DNA from: Octopus vulgaris
Lineage: Eukaryota
Direction: 5' to 3'
DNA length: 64,000 nt
Assembly (NCBI GenBank): GCA_951406725.2
Contig: OX597831.1
Coordinates: forward strand, 55,056,001 to 55,120,000
The position numbers were made by a program, and so were the translations under genes. Below, piece after piece: positions 1 through 13,336 of this stretch (positions are counted from its first letter, which is position 1; every line of letters starts with the position of its first letter). The notes under the pieces were generated by a model. The model was not told the origin of the DNA and made no database searches. It worked only from the letters and a program-made list of their open reading frames with translations.

Positions 1-1149
1 GTGCATGTAATATTTATAGTTTTTAGATTGTAAACATAAATATGAGACATGTACACATAGATATATCTATATGTGAAGTTGCTGACAATGAAAGAATTAT
101 ATATAGTATAACATTTGCATAGAAAAATGTATTGTCATAATATTGGGCCCTAAAATCAGTGGGAGCAATAAAAACAATTATTGTTTACAATATATATATA
201 TATATATATATATCAACAATGACTTTATTTGAAATTATATCTAGTTAGCCTCCATTAACCTGCCTGACACTGGCCCTGATTCTATGATCCTAGCTTCCTG
301 CTTTAAACTGATTTAAATTAAAACCTATCAACATTTCATGTTAGTTAATGGCTTATAGAAACGTTTGATATACTTAATAATATATTAAACGAAATACCAC
401 ATACCTACAAGTCATTAATATTTATGCACCAGCTTCCAGGAATGCGTGGGTGTTTAAGCAATGTGTTTAAGGATGATTAATGGGTTAGATGGGTGCAGAT
501 GAAGGGGCAAAACCCCCTAAAATATGGCATATATACCCATTACCTATTTTTCATCTTTGATCTCATTGTTTGTTTACATCTGAGATTTCGTATATGAAAC
601 GTAGCAACAAAAATCAGTGCTGGTTATGATTTCTATAGAATATCTGTAGAGGTAACCTTAACAAAATCATGTTAATTATGTTTAGAAAAGTCAGCTTAAA
701 AATAACAGTTATTTTATTAAATTCTCTATTATTTTCTAAATGAAGTGAAATAAAGGCCTTGTAATTCAACAGAAATAATCCTTTCTTTTATACTATAGGC
801 ATAAACCCCGAAATCTTGTAGTACTGGTACTTTATTTTATTGAGTCCAAAAATATGAAAGGCGAAGTCATCCCTAGTGAAATTTGAACTCAGAACATAAA
901 GACTGGCAAAAAAACTGAACAATTTATTCTTTTACTCTTGCACTTGTTTCAGTTGTTTGACTGTGGCCATGCTGGAGCACTGCCTTTAGTCGAACAAATT
1001 GACCCTAGAACTATTCTTTGTAAGCCTAGTACTTATTCTATCAGTCTCTATTGCTGAACTGCTAAGTTACGGGGACATAAACACACCAACACTGGTTGTC
1101 AAGAAATGGTGGGGGTACAAACACAGACACACAAATTCATACTTATATT

Positions 1150-1206
<57 letters not shown>

Positions 1207-2189
1207 AGCTTCTTTCGGTTCCCATATGCTAAAGCCACTCACAAGGTTTAGTAGAAGGTGCCACAGAGTGGGACTGAACCTGGAACCATGTGGTTGGGAA
1301 GTAAGCTTCTTACCACACAGCTACTCCTTATTCTTTTACTTGTTCCAGTCATTTGACTGCAGCCATGCTGGAGCATCACCTTGAAGAGTTTTAGTTGAAC
1401 AAATTGACCCCAGGACTTATTTTTTAAGCCTAGTACTTATTTTATCAGCCTTTTTTGCTTAACTGCTAAGTTACGGGGATGTAAACATACTAACACCAGT
1501 TGTCAAGCAGTGATGGGAAGGGGGGACATGCACACACACACATACACATACACATATATACAACGGTCTTCTTTCAGTTTCTGTCTATCAAATCCACTCA
1601 CAAGGACTTGGTCAGCCTGAAGCTATAGTGGAAGACACTTGCCTAAGGTGCTACACAGTGGGACTGAACCCAGACCCACATGGTTAGGAAGGAAGCTTCT
1701 TACAGCCATGTTTGCACCTTGATCAATTTTTCAATCATTATTGGGGTCTTATCAGTGTCTATACCACTTGACCAACCCCAATTCTACAGAGATAATAGTA
1801 ACAAAAAGAGTTAAAGTGAATATGTAAAGAACTCCTTCCAACAATAAATATATAACAGTTCTGCTTATAACAATCTTTTTTTTTAATCTTTCATAGTTCA
1901 CAATAGTTTCATTTTCTCCATTTCTAAATTTCTTGATTGCTTTTATTAACTCCCATCATCTCCACCTAATTTTGGGATAGAACACCAATAACAAAATTAT
2001 TTAAATAAAACATAACAATACAATATTTTTCCTTTAATCTGTTTTATGTATTTTGAATATTTACTTTAATTTGATTGGATGTTGATTTTGAGCAAATGTT
2101 TCATCGACCAATTTTTTTTCTTTCTTAGCTACTGCTTTCAATCAATCGTATTTTGAATCAACAGTTTTCAATAAATTGACACCAAACTG

Positions 2190-2767
2190 TTCTGTGCAAT
2201 GGACAGGCTGAGTGAAGCACGAAAAACGCTTTCTCAAACTGAAGCTGCATTGAAAAGTTATAGTCACTGTTTGATGATCAGCAAGTGGAATTAACAATTA
2301 CCAAATCTTGGTAAAACCATCACACCAGAGAAATGGAGGAAATTGACAAAATTCACCAAGAACTACAACTTACATCTAGCACTAATAAACTGAAAAGGAC
2401 AAATTCTTCTGAAAGACAACATCTAACTTCATGTTTCACAAATTGGCTTCGTTGAAATTTTAACAAACTAGCCACTGAAATTGTATCATAGCCAACTTAC
2501 TCCCCATACCTCTCTCAAGACCATTACCATTTTTTCAAGCAACTTGATAACAAAAGTCCAAAATGCCTGCAATGAATTAATTAGTTCCAAAGTTCCAGAA
2601 TGCCACGCTACTGAAAATAAATAGACTGGTTTCTTGCTGGTAAAATGTATAGATTCTAATGGTTACCATCAATAACCATTTTGATTAATAAACTTTATTA
2701 AGAGTTGAGATATATTGCTTTAAAGTTAAAGATGAAAAACTGCAATTATTTTTGCACCAACTTGATA
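2190..2767 (+). mobile_element. Old mariner remnant (Hsmar1/cecropia-like), 3' half
   Basis: Degenerate GKTITPEK, ILLKDN, TYSPYLSQDHYHFFKQLDN and KCIDSNG; right TIR tgcaattatttttgcaccaac. Confidence 0.8.
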
Positions 2768-3067
2768 TCTGAAGGGTAGCGGGGAAGGAGCAACAGACAT
2801 CAAGCAGAGAGAAAGACACTCAATAGAGACAAGTTGATTAATTAAGAAAACACTAATTTCCAAAGATTATATGTTGGATAGCATGTAAAAGAAGCACAAC
2901 ACCAAAAGATTAAACAGATTGCTGCATGTGTATGCTGCACAAATTGTTGTAAATGATTATACTTCAAATAACAACACACTAAAAATCTGAGGGTACTGTT
3001 TTGTCTAGAAACACCATTTAATAGTTAAATATTGATTCCTAAAATTTCAAAAGAATAAACTGTTGTT

Positions 3068-3406
3068 GGCGCATGGCTCAGTGGTTAGAGCGTCGAGCTT
3101 ACGATCGCGAGGTTGTGAGCTCGAATCCCGGACCGGGCTGGGTGTTGTGTTCTTGAGCAAGGCACTTTATTTCACGTTGCTCCAGTTCACTCAGCTGTAG
3201 AAATGAGTTGCGACGTCACTGGTGCCAAGCTGTATCGACCTTTGTCTTTCCCTTGGATAACACTGGTGGCATGGAGAGGGGAGGCTGGTATGCATGGGCG
3301 ACTGCTGGTCTTCCATAAACAACCGCGCCCGGACTTGTGTCTAGGAGGGTAACTTTCTAGGTGCAATCCCATGGTCATTCATGACCGAAGGGGGTCTTTA
3401 CCCTTT
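3068..3406 (+). mobile_element. tRNA-headed SINE with CORE-like centre (family C); second copy about 24654-24985
   Basis: A box tggctcagtgg, B box gctcgaatcc, centre ttgagcaaggcactt...cactcagctgtagaaatgag. Confidence 0.85.
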
Positions 3407-3820
3407 CTTTTTATTATTATTATGATTATAATGATGATGATGGTGGTGGTGGTGGTGGTAGTAATCATTGTTGCTTGCTCAATATACATCTCTTTACTGC
3501 TCATACTTATCAAGTACGGTGCTGTAGCTACACATATCAACCACATCCAAAGGGTAGTTAGTAAACTCTGTCATTGATAATACATCACTTTAACCACTAG
3601 CTCACAGTTGTATCATTTTCTCTATTTCCAATTCTTTTACTGCTACAACAGCCTCTGGTCTTCTGAATTAGCTAACTGCATACCTCTTTCACCCAGATCC
3701 ATCTGATATGCCCTCTCTTTCTCTTCTCTCTCTTCCATCCTGCTGCATCTCCACCCCAAACAGACTCCACATTAAACACTTTGCTGTTCCTCACTGTAGA
3801 CACTGACCTTATAAATATTA

Positions 3821-4426
3821 TAACTCCTTTGTTACTATATTTCTATTGAAGTGTGTGGCCAATTAATTATGAAAAATAATGAAGAATTTAGTAAAACAGC
3901 TGCCATTATCAAGCTGGTGCTTGGAACAAATTAACATAAAATTCTGATTGAAGGTTTTAATTTAGACCACTTTAACCCTTTCGTATTCAAATTAATCAGT
4001 CAAATCCAATGCTTATTTATTCACATTCATCATCATCATCATTTAACGTCCGTTTTCCGTGCTAGCACAGGTTGGACAGTTCGACCAAGGTCTGGGAAGC
4101 CAGGAGGCTGCACCAGGCTCCAGTCTGATCTGGCAGTGTTTCTACAGCTGGATGCCTTTCCTAATGCCAACCACTCCATGAGTATAGTGGGTACTTATGA
4201 ATTATTCATTATTTTGTAACTTTGAGATTCTAATAATAATGATTGTTTATTTTTAGAATGACATTGTAGAGAAGGTGTGAGAGGCTAGGTCTGGCCAGTT
4301 TGAACATAAAACAGGTCAAATATTTGGGCTGGACATGGTCTGTTTAAATGCTAAAGTGTTAAAATAGGAAGTTGGTGTCATAGAACCAAGGGTGGTCTCA
4401 GGCAGGTAGGCATTAAAAGGGCGTAA
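3821..4426. mobile_element. Three-layer nest: MITE containing a TTAA MITE (3976-4358) containing an RTE tail (about 4028-4195)
   Basis: TTAA duplicated at 3972-3975 and 4359-4362; the inner segment matches the RTE 3' end at 45689-45855; the outer MITE matches 50210-50400 and, inverted, 28708-28924. Confidence 0.78.
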
Positions 4427-5090
4427 CTAAATATCAACTGTTTTAATTTCCCCAATCTGAAATGACCTGAAAAATGCCATAAGCACTGATATTCCACAAC
4501 CAGCTAGTTTATAAACGGTTTGGTATTTTTGACCAAAAAAAAAATCATCCTATTTTTTCCCTTCTTACCAGGGTTTCATCACTCCTGAAGGAGGAACCCT
4601 TCCCTGGACCCCTTCCACCACTATCTATCTCTGGCCAGTCATGGCCATGCAGATCCCAGGTAGTGGGTGAAATCATCTGGCCATCTTGTCTTTGGCCAGC
4701 TTCTTGATCTTGTTAGATTGAACTAGTGCTTATTTGCCTTGACCAAATAAGAACTAGCTTAATCTTACAACAGACTAGCTGGTACTAAGATGTACACAGA
4801 CATCTCAAAAGTAAATAGACACTCCTAATTGTACCATTTTGTCCATGTAGACACTGCCTGGTGTTTCAAACTTGTTAATGTTTTGTGTACAAGGTATGTT
4901 TAATAATTACTAGATTAATTATTCACACGCAGCAAATGACATAATTTTGTTTCTACAAAGAACTATTTCAAAATTGATGACGTCTATATATTTTTGAGAT
5001 GCCTAGGTACATTCTAGAATTAGATATATGATTCAAGTAGACTTGAAAATGTCTCAATTAAACAAATTTACAAATTCAGTAAAATAAATG

Positions 5091-5334
5091 TTACCACTGA
5101 TCACAATCTAAACTCATTTCCAACACTTCCTCGGCATTTTTATTATTACCAACGTGACTGGTGGCTGCTACCGCTTCTTCTGCTAGCATTGTTGAGCTCT
5201 CAGATTCAGGTGGAATATTTTCTAAGTTTGGATTCACCTCAAATGAGGATGCCAGATTTCCTCTGGAGGATATAACTTTAAACAAGGAGAAGAAATTGCT
5301 GTCAATTCCAGCCATATTAATCAGTTGCCCAAAC
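5091..5334 (-). CDS. CEP78: CEP78 last recognisable exon; ends at TAA 5091-5093 or at a donor at 5094
   Basis: ttacAG|G TTT GGG CAA. Translates (G)FGQLINMAGIDSNFFSL...LDCDQW*, matching CEP78 GLGQLATMAGIDQSDF. The 3' end is ambiguous because TG|GTAACA could be a splice donor. Confidence 0.85.
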
Positions 5335-5722
5335 CTGTAATTAGAGATAGGATTAAAAAAAACAGACAAATGAATTATATAACAATATGGAAGGACATAT
5401 AAGACAACAAGGAAGATACATATTAGACATTAATGAACACACAAAGACTGTTAACTTCACTTAGACATTAGTTATATAGCATTTGATACTTTACCTTTTA
5501 TTTGTTTCAGTCATTTGACTGTGGCCATGCTAGGGTGTTTGACTAACACCCTTCAAGGGTGTTAGTCAAACAAATCAACCCCAGGACTTATTTTCTTAAC
5601 CCTACTACTTATTCTATTGGTCTCTTTTGCTGAACTTCTAAGTTACAAGTACATAACACACTAACACCGGTTGTTAAGCAGTGGCTGGTGACAAACAGAC
5701 AGACAGACAGACACACACACAA

Positions 5723-5760
<38 letters not shown>

Positions 5761-6519
5761 CGGTTTTCTTTCAGTTTCTGTCAACCAAATTCACTCACAA
5801 AGCTTTGGTCAGTCTGAGGCTATAGTACAAGACACTGGCGCAAGGTGCCCTGCAATGAGACTGAACCCAAAACCATGTGGTTGGGAAGCAAACTTCTTAC
5901 CACACAGGTACACCTGTAGAATTTATTTTAAGAAATGTAATTAACAAAAAAAGCATTTTTATTTAAATATCTCCTTTGGTAAACCCCTCTAGAACATATC
6001 TGAATATTGCTTCCATATGAGAGGGGTGGGAAGAGGTGGTCATAGACTTTTTAAACATTTATTCCTGTATTTACATTCAACTTAAAAAAACAGTGACCGT
6101 TTGATAAATAACATCCACCAAAAAACTTCAATTGAATATATCCAACAGAGAAAACAGACAAGAGAGAGGGAGAGAGGGGGAAGAGGAGAGGGGCGTGGGA
6201 GGGGAAGGAGAGAGGGAGAGAAGCCAGTTTAATCACACAGCAAATGTAATCATTTTACAAGAAGAAAATATACTAATTACTTGAAGAAAACATTAGTAAT
6301 AATATAGTCAACAGTAACAACAACAACAACAAGTATGCAAACTTTTTTCACTGTTCAGAGGTAATAACATTGATATGTTTTACTAATGACTAGTGGTTTG
6401 AAACTGAAAAGCAGAGAAAGTTTCTTGCCTTCTATCTTTTGCAGGAACTACTTCAAACAGACAAACCCTTGATATGAAATCATGTAGTAGAGGAAATTTT
6501 GTAAGGTAGGATTTTGTGA

Positions 6520-6837
6520 GTGGAGGCGCAATGGCCCAGTGGTTAGGGCAGTGGACTCGCGGTCGGAGGATCGTGGTTTTGATTCCCAGACCGGGTGTTG
6601 TGTATGTTTATTGAGCGAAAATACCTAAAAGCTTCACGAGGCTCCGGCAGGGGGTGCTGGCGACCCCTGTTGTACTCTTTTGCCCCAACTTTCTCTCACT
6701 CTTTCTTCCTGTTTCTTGGGTAACGCTGCATTGGACTGGCGTCCCGTCCAGCTGGGTGGAACACATATGCCACAGAAGCCGGGAAACCGGGCCCATGAGC
6801 CTGGCTAGGCTTGAAAAAGGCGCATAAATAAAAAATA
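6520..6837 (+). mobile_element. tRNA-headed SINE (family E) with TSD
   Basis: A/B boxes; TSD aggattttgtga (6508-6519) / aggattttatga (6838-6849). Confidence 0.85.
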
Positions 6838-7300
6838 AGGATTTTATGATAAAAGAAAGTGCATTTTTTACTTTAGTTCCTTATATGAACAACAAAATAA
6901 TGGAAAAACACATGGCTTTTCTCATGCTACCAAAAGAGCAATTGAGGGCAGCTCTGGCCAATATATATCCAATGACATATCCTCCAGTAGTCAAGGAAGA
7001 AATTATGGAACTGTATATGTAATACTTAAATGAAGGATAAAGTGAAAAGAAAGGCTGAGCTGGTGCATTACCACCATCCCACAAACTATTTCTCAATACA
7101 AGGGGCAGTGCAGCATAAGAATTATGGTAAAAGATGATGGTGACAATGTTAACCAGGCATGGCAGTGTGGGTAAGAAACTCACTTTGCAACCACATAGTT
7201 TCAGGTTCAGGCCTACTGTACAGTATCGTGTGCAAGAGTCTTCTGCTATAGTCCTAGTCTGAACAATGCCTTGTAAATGAATTTAGTAGATAGAAACTGT

Positions 7301-7534
7301 TAAGGTGGCAAGCTGGCAGAATCGTTAGCCTGCCGGGAGAAATGCTTAGCAGTATTTCGTCTGCCGTTAATTTCTGAGTTCAAATTCCGCCAAGGTTGAC
7401 TTTGCCTTTCATCCTTTCGGGGTTGATAACTTAAGTACCAGTTATGCACTGGGATCGACGTAATCAACTTAATTCCTTTGTCTGTCCTTGTTTGTCCCCT
7501 CTATGTTTAGCCCCTTGTGGGCAGTAAAGTAATA
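7301..7534 (+). mobile_element. SINE family B (long-tail form) inserted into a family A copy; other long-tail copies at about 44502-44760- and 23347-23477-
   Basis: Centre gactttgcctttcatcctttcggggtYgataa; TSD agaaactgt at 7292-7300 and 7535-7543. Confidence 0.85.
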
Positions 7535-8126
7535 AGAAACTGTGTCAAAGCCTGTCGTGTGTGTCTGTGTGCTTTTGTGTCTGTGTCTGTCCTTCTCACC
7601 TCTTGCCAACAGGTGTTGGTTTGTTGACATCCCTGTAACTTAGTGGTTTGGCAAAAGAGGCTGCTAAAATAAGTACCAGATTTAAAAATAAGTTCTGGAG
7701 GTAATTTGTTTGCTTAAAACTCTTCAAGGTGGTGTCCCATTGTGGATGCAAGGAAGGAAAGCCATAAGACACAGGGTGCAAGATGGAAAGTCAATTTGTT
7801 ACACTTTATTTTTTTCTTGAACCCTAAGACTCATGAAGCTGGTTACCCAGTTTCCATGATATAATAAGTGATTGAGACTACAACCTTCTCCTGAACAGGA
7901 CACTGGCCTGTTGCAGGGTTCAAGGCCAGTAATTTTGAGGGGAAGGGGTAAGTCTATTACATCAGCTCCCGTACTTGACTGGTACTTTATTTTATTGGTC
8001 TCAAAGTGATGAAAGGCAAAGTAAATCTTGGTGGGATTTGAACTCAGAATGTTAAGAGCCGGAATAAATGCTTCTAAACATTTTCTCCAATGTGCTTATG
8101 ATTCTGCCAGCTCAAACCTAGGTGAC

Positions 8127-8198
<72 letters not shown>

Positions 8199-8408
8199 CC
8201 TTTCTACAAAAGGCACAAGACCTGAAATTTTGTGGAAGGAGACTAGTCGATTACATCGACCCCAGTGTTTTACTGGTACTTAATTTATTGACCCTGGAAA
8301 GATGAAAGGCAAAGTCGACCTCGTGGAATTTGAACTCAGAATGAACACACAGACAAATTTTGCCCGGCACGCTAATGATTCTACCAGCTCACCTCCTCCT
8401 TCTTCTTC

Positions 8409-8470
<62 letters not shown>

Positions 8471-8934
8471 CATCATCATCATTATTTAACATCTTATTTC
8501 CATGCGAGCATGGGTTGGATAGTTTGTCAGGAGCTAGCCAGCCAGAGGGCTGCCCAGGCTCCATTTGTCTGTTCAGACATGGCTTATGCTCTTCCTAACA
8601 CCAACCACTTTATACATACTAAACTGGGTGCTTATTATAAATCAGGAATGGGACATACCCTGATCAACACAAATGGAAGTTTGATATTTCTATATAAAAA
8701 TCTTGAATTATGTGTTTTATCATATCTTTTTCTTCTTTTTTTTTTCATAAATTTCTGTGTAATTTTTGTGCTTCATAAAAGTTTAACTCATCCTAATCAT
8801 GTATTGTATGTCTTTCCCCCTTTCCCTCTTCTTTGTAAAATTTGTTCACATCTTCATAATCACTCTGTTTGATATGCCTTTGTATTTTTTCTGTATTTTT
8901 TTATGCCCTGTGGTTAATAAAAATATTATTATTA

Positions 8935-9396
8935 TTGAGTGAGAGAGCAGTGCATGCCATCAAAGTGACACTGGGATACAAATATACGAAGCCCAGTAAA
9001 CCCATCATGACTACCCGTCTGATAAGGGTACACCAGGCAAATGCATCACAATCATATTTGCGCGACATGGTGATCTCATATCAAGATAAACAGCAATTGA
9101 CCTTGCATGTGAGGTCCAGTTAGAATTTTCTTCTGGTCGAGTAACCCATCCCACTCAAAAGGTCCCTGAATAAGGGTTGTTTAAGGATGTTGAACGAAAC
9201 ACCCATGTTTCCAGAAGTGAATTAGTCAAACCCCAAAGAATCCCTCTCAACATATGGCTATGATGCTCCCCCACTACTTCTGCTCATGATCAGAGATGCA
9301 CATATCATCAGCCACTAAGGGACATGCTCAACTGGTTAAGGTTGAACAACTGACAAGCAAATCTGAGGTATTGAGCGGAATATTTGCTGTAGCCCA
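8935..9396. repeat. Probable interspersed repeat of unknown class
   Basis: GC-richer block with sharp edges next to an (ATT)n run; only one copy in the window. Confidence 0.4.
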
Positions 9397-10442
9397 GGTG
9401 AACTAGTAGATTCATTAGCACACCAGGTGGCATTTCATCTGTTTTCATGTTCTGAGTTCAAATTTCGCCGAGGTCAATTTTACTTTTCATCCTCTTGGTG
9501 TGGGGGGGGGGTCAATAAAACAAGTACCAGTTATGAACTGGAGTTGATGTAATCAACTTACCCCTTCTCCCAAAATTGCTGGCCTTGTGCTAAAATTTGA
9601 AACTATTATTATTATCATTAAGGCAGGATCATTAGTGTGTTGGACAAAATGCTTAGCAGTATTTCTGTGTTTACATTTTGAGTTCACTGCCAATGTTGAC
9701 ATTACTTTCATCTTTTTGGGGTCAGTAAAATAAGTACTTGGTGAGCACTGGGGTCAATGTCATTGACTTAACCCTTCCCTGAAATTGCTTACCTTGTGCC
9801 AAAATTTGAAACCATTATAATTTTATTATTACTATTACTATTATTATTATTATTATTATTCGTTCTTTCTTCAAATTTTCTTCTGTTTCTCGCTGAGTGT
9901 TTTCTGTATACCTAGGGCAGAGAAGCTCATTGTATGCATTCCCAGATTACACACGCAAATTCACAGGTAAAATATGTATTTAAAAAATTAATGAATAAAT
10001 AAATTCATGGAGGGATGTTGTTTTCACAGCGATAATGCTTTTCTCAGTACATGAGCCATTCCAGTTAACTTATTATTATTATTATTGTTGTTGTTGTTGT
10101 TATCATCATCATCATTATCATTATTATTAAAACAGAATCATTAGCATGTTGAACAAAATGCTTAGCAGCATTTCTTATGTCTTTACATTCTGAGTTCAAA
10201 TGCTGCCAAGGTCAACTTTGCCTTTTGGGATAAATAAAATAAATACCAGTTGAGAACTGGTGTTGATGTAATCAACTACCCACTTTGCCTTAAAATTTAG
10301 GCCTTGCTCCTATTATAGAAAGGATTATTATTTATCACTACATAGCTGAGGAAACATTACCTTACAACACAACATTACCACATAACAAGCTCTTAAGGCT
10401 CATCGGGTATCAAAAATTATAGATTGCCAATGAAATACTCAC

Positions 10443-10588
10443 CCAGCATCACGTAGAATATCTAGGAAAACATGGAATTGCATAAAGGCACTTTCAATCG
10501 AATCCAGTATATTCTCTTCTTCGAGTAAAGATAACTTTTTCTTCAACCTCAATACTTCACTCTGCATGTCATTGTTATCCATACTTAA
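10443..10588 (-). CDS. CEP78: CEP78 coding exon, 146 nt, phase 0 to 2
   Basis: tatttcAG|TTA...GCT GG|GTGAGT. Translates LSMDNNDMQSEVLRLKKKLSLLEEENILDSIESAFMQFHVFLDILRDA(G), matching CEP78 [20 protein letters not shown]. Confidence 0.92.
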
Positions 10589-10640
10589 CTGAAATACAAC
10601 ACAAAGCAGATGATGAAATGTAATGAATACAGTGTAAATA

Positions 10641-11206
10641 TTGGGTTGTCCGGGAAGTTTGTGTCAATTTATTGAAGCTTACCTTTTGAATTATTTTAGA
10701 ACATAGTTGAGTCCATAAAATACGATTTGACTACATCTTCATTTACAGCACAGTTTAAGCTATCTTTTCATGGAAGAAGGTTTATGTTCCTATAACCTGT
10801 GTTAATTTTGTAACCCTTTAAAATGGAAGATAAGAAAGTTCATTTTCGGCACTTGATGCTTTGGGAACCAGACAAAAATTGCTGCAGCTCAGCTGGGATG
10901 TGTTACCCCACCCTCCATATTCACTAGATATTGCTCCTTTGGATTTCCACTAATTCAGGTCTCTGCAGAATAGTCTTAATGGTAAAAATTTCAATTCCTT
11001 GGATGACGTAAAAAGATACCTAGATGAATTCTTTGCCATGAAACCACCCCAATTCTGGGAAGAGGGTATTTTCAAGTTAAAGGAAAGATGGAGATGCATT
11101 GTGCAACAAAATGGTTCCTATTTGGTTGATTAAAAATGTAATGGCAAGTATTTATTGACCTTTTTCTTTCCTTTAAAAATCGGCACGAACTTTCCGGACA
11201 ACCCAA
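10641..11206 (+). mobile_element. Non-autonomous mariner (internal deletion derivative)
   Basis: TA-flanked TIRs ttgggttgtccgggaagtttgtgtcaattt / aaatcggcacgaactttccggacaacccaa; N-terminal MEDKKVHFRHLMLW joined to the WDVLPHPPYS...APxDFH region. Confidence 0.93.
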
Positions 11207-11248
11207 TACATTGTTGTTCTCAATTATTATTATTTATCTTATTTAACA

Positions 11249-11334
11249 CAGCAATTTCACGGGAGAAAGTAACAAAGTGTCAGCTGTCCACAAACACAGC
11301 TGACACTTTGTTACTTTCTCCCGTGAAATTGCTG
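11249..11334. repeat. Perfect 39-bp inverted repeat with 8-nt loop
   Basis: cagcaatttcacgggagaaagtaacaaagtgtcagctgt, loop ccacaaac, then the exact reverse complement. Confidence 0.97.
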
Positions 11335-12619
11335 CCAAATTTTGAAACCATTATTAGTTGGTGAATCGATGAAATTATTAGAATTTGATCTGGTTCTTTA
11401 CAAAACTTCCTCACAGTACCTTTCCATGAGAAACACTGATCTATGTGACTATACCATCTGCTACATTTATCTTTCCATTGATCAAGGTTGACCAAGCATC
11501 TGCACATGAATGTGCAGGCCTAGGCAAGAATTTTTCTATTCCTATTGTTTCATATTCACCTTGTATCTTGATCTCAAATCCCGCCTCCCTCTCCCTCTCT
11601 CTCTCCAAGTGAGTATTCACCTCTTCAGTAAAACACCAGTTCCAGTCCCTCTAGCATACTCTTACATCCTTCAATACTATAACCCCACTTAATTAAGGGG
11701 TCTTGTCTTGCAAGTACTTGACGACCTCACTAGTGCTGGTGTCACAAAAGATAAAAGTACCCGGTACACTATAATAAGCGACTGGCATTAGGAAGGGCAT
11801 CCCACTGCAGGAACCATGCCAAAGCAGACATTGGAGCTTGGTTCAGACCTCTGGCTCATCATTCCCTATTGAACTACCCAATGTCATATTTAATGCCCCT
11901 TTTTTTATGCCAGCATGCAAAAATGGACATTAAATGATGATGATGATGATGACAGTTTCCTATGCATGAAAATCTCTCTTCTCCATGATACTGATGTTGT
12001 TCAAGTGAAAGGCTGCTGACTTGGACTGACACAGTTTGGCATCAGTGTCACCATATGTGATGCTGTTAGAATTTTTAAAAAAAACTGAAACAAATACTGC
12101 AAGATATCTTGTCTGACTCCCTCACAGTTCCATCAATCCATTCCTCAGGATTTGTGCTTTTTTATCAACCCCAAAAGGATGAAGGAAATATAGGATGAGA
12201 TGGTTACAATTGCAATGACAACCAAATGATTCTTTAAGTGGATTCCATTGTGTTATAACTTTAACCCAAGTAATCCTAATTGGGAGATGAACAATAACAT
12301 CATCAAATATTTTATCTCATTTTATTTATTTATTTTTTTATTTATCATGAATTTTGTGAACATTGGCTTTGTTTGTTATGGGTGTTTAACATTCAAACAT
12401 TGGTCACTGTATTTCTAATAGCAAGAACGATAAGGGAATGCCAATGCAATTTAGGTAGAATAAATACCACAAGGTATTTTGTCAAATTCATCAATATATT
12501 AACTCTGTCATAACTGGTTCCAAGCCCAGGGTAGAAAGGAAGAGAGTGGTAAGTGTAGGGTTAGCAGTTCTACACTATTAATTTTCTACATTGCTACTGA
12601 AACAAGAAAGCCTGTGAAA

Positions 12620-12810
12620 CTAGTCCTGGTAAGAGGAGGTAGTTCTCAGGCACTGCATATGAAGCAATGTAGTGAAAGCTGAAAGGAAGAAGCAGCAGTA
12701 GGCAGCTACACCTGGGAGCAACTGCAGTCCTTTGCCAAAGACTGAGACAGGTGGAGATCTCTTGGTGGTGCTCTACACTCCATATGAAGTCAAAGGAACT
12801 AAGAAGAACC
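12620..12810 (+). mobile_element. RTE-type 3' remnant
   Basis: Reads SYTWEQLQSFAKD*DRWRSLGGAL, a typical RTE C-terminus. Confidence 0.55.
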
Positions 12811-13258
12811 AATATATATTGGTTTTCTCAATGATATGAACATCATGCAGCAATATACACTTAGGAAAGTTGTACACATAATGCACATACACAATTTGGC
12901 AGATAGTGACCATCTAGCAAATTTCACTCAAAAGGCATTGGTCAACTCAAGTCTGTAATAAAAGACATTTGTCCAAGGTGCTGATCAGTGAGATTGAACC
13001 TGGAACCATGTGGTTTTGAAATGAACTTCTTCACTACATAGTTATGCTAGCACCAGTTACATAACTAGCCTCCTCCTGCTCTCTTTCATAGATAACTATA
13101 GTCCAATCAGAGTTTGTTTATTTTCTATTGTCATTAACAGTAGTTTATAGCCTGGCTACCAAAAACATAATGTAGTTCTAGTCAAGATATTGCATAGCCA
13201 TAGTAAATTGAATTATATACAGAAGTGTTGTGATATTTGAATCAAAAACAATGTTTAC

Positions 13259-13336
13259 CTTATAGACATTTTTATCTGATTCCAGACGAGCAATGCGTTC
13301 TTCTTCTAATTCCCTTTTCACATGCACAAGTTCAAC
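13259..13336 (-). CDS. CEP78: CEP78 coding exon, coiled coil, 78 nt, phase 0 to 0
   Basis: tttcccatcAG|GTT...TAT AAG|GTAAAC. Translates VELVHVKRELEEERIARLESDKNVYK (EER.ARL coiled-coil motif). Confidence 0.88.

Noticed and set aside
3068-3140. tRNA genes (also at about 6520, 26078 and 59500)
   Set aside because: The tRNA-like A/B boxes are SINE heads that continue into SINE bodies, several with TSDs.
6445-6505. Plus-strand exon-like segment with a good acceptor
   Set aside because: Weak donor, no partner exons and no recognisable peptide.
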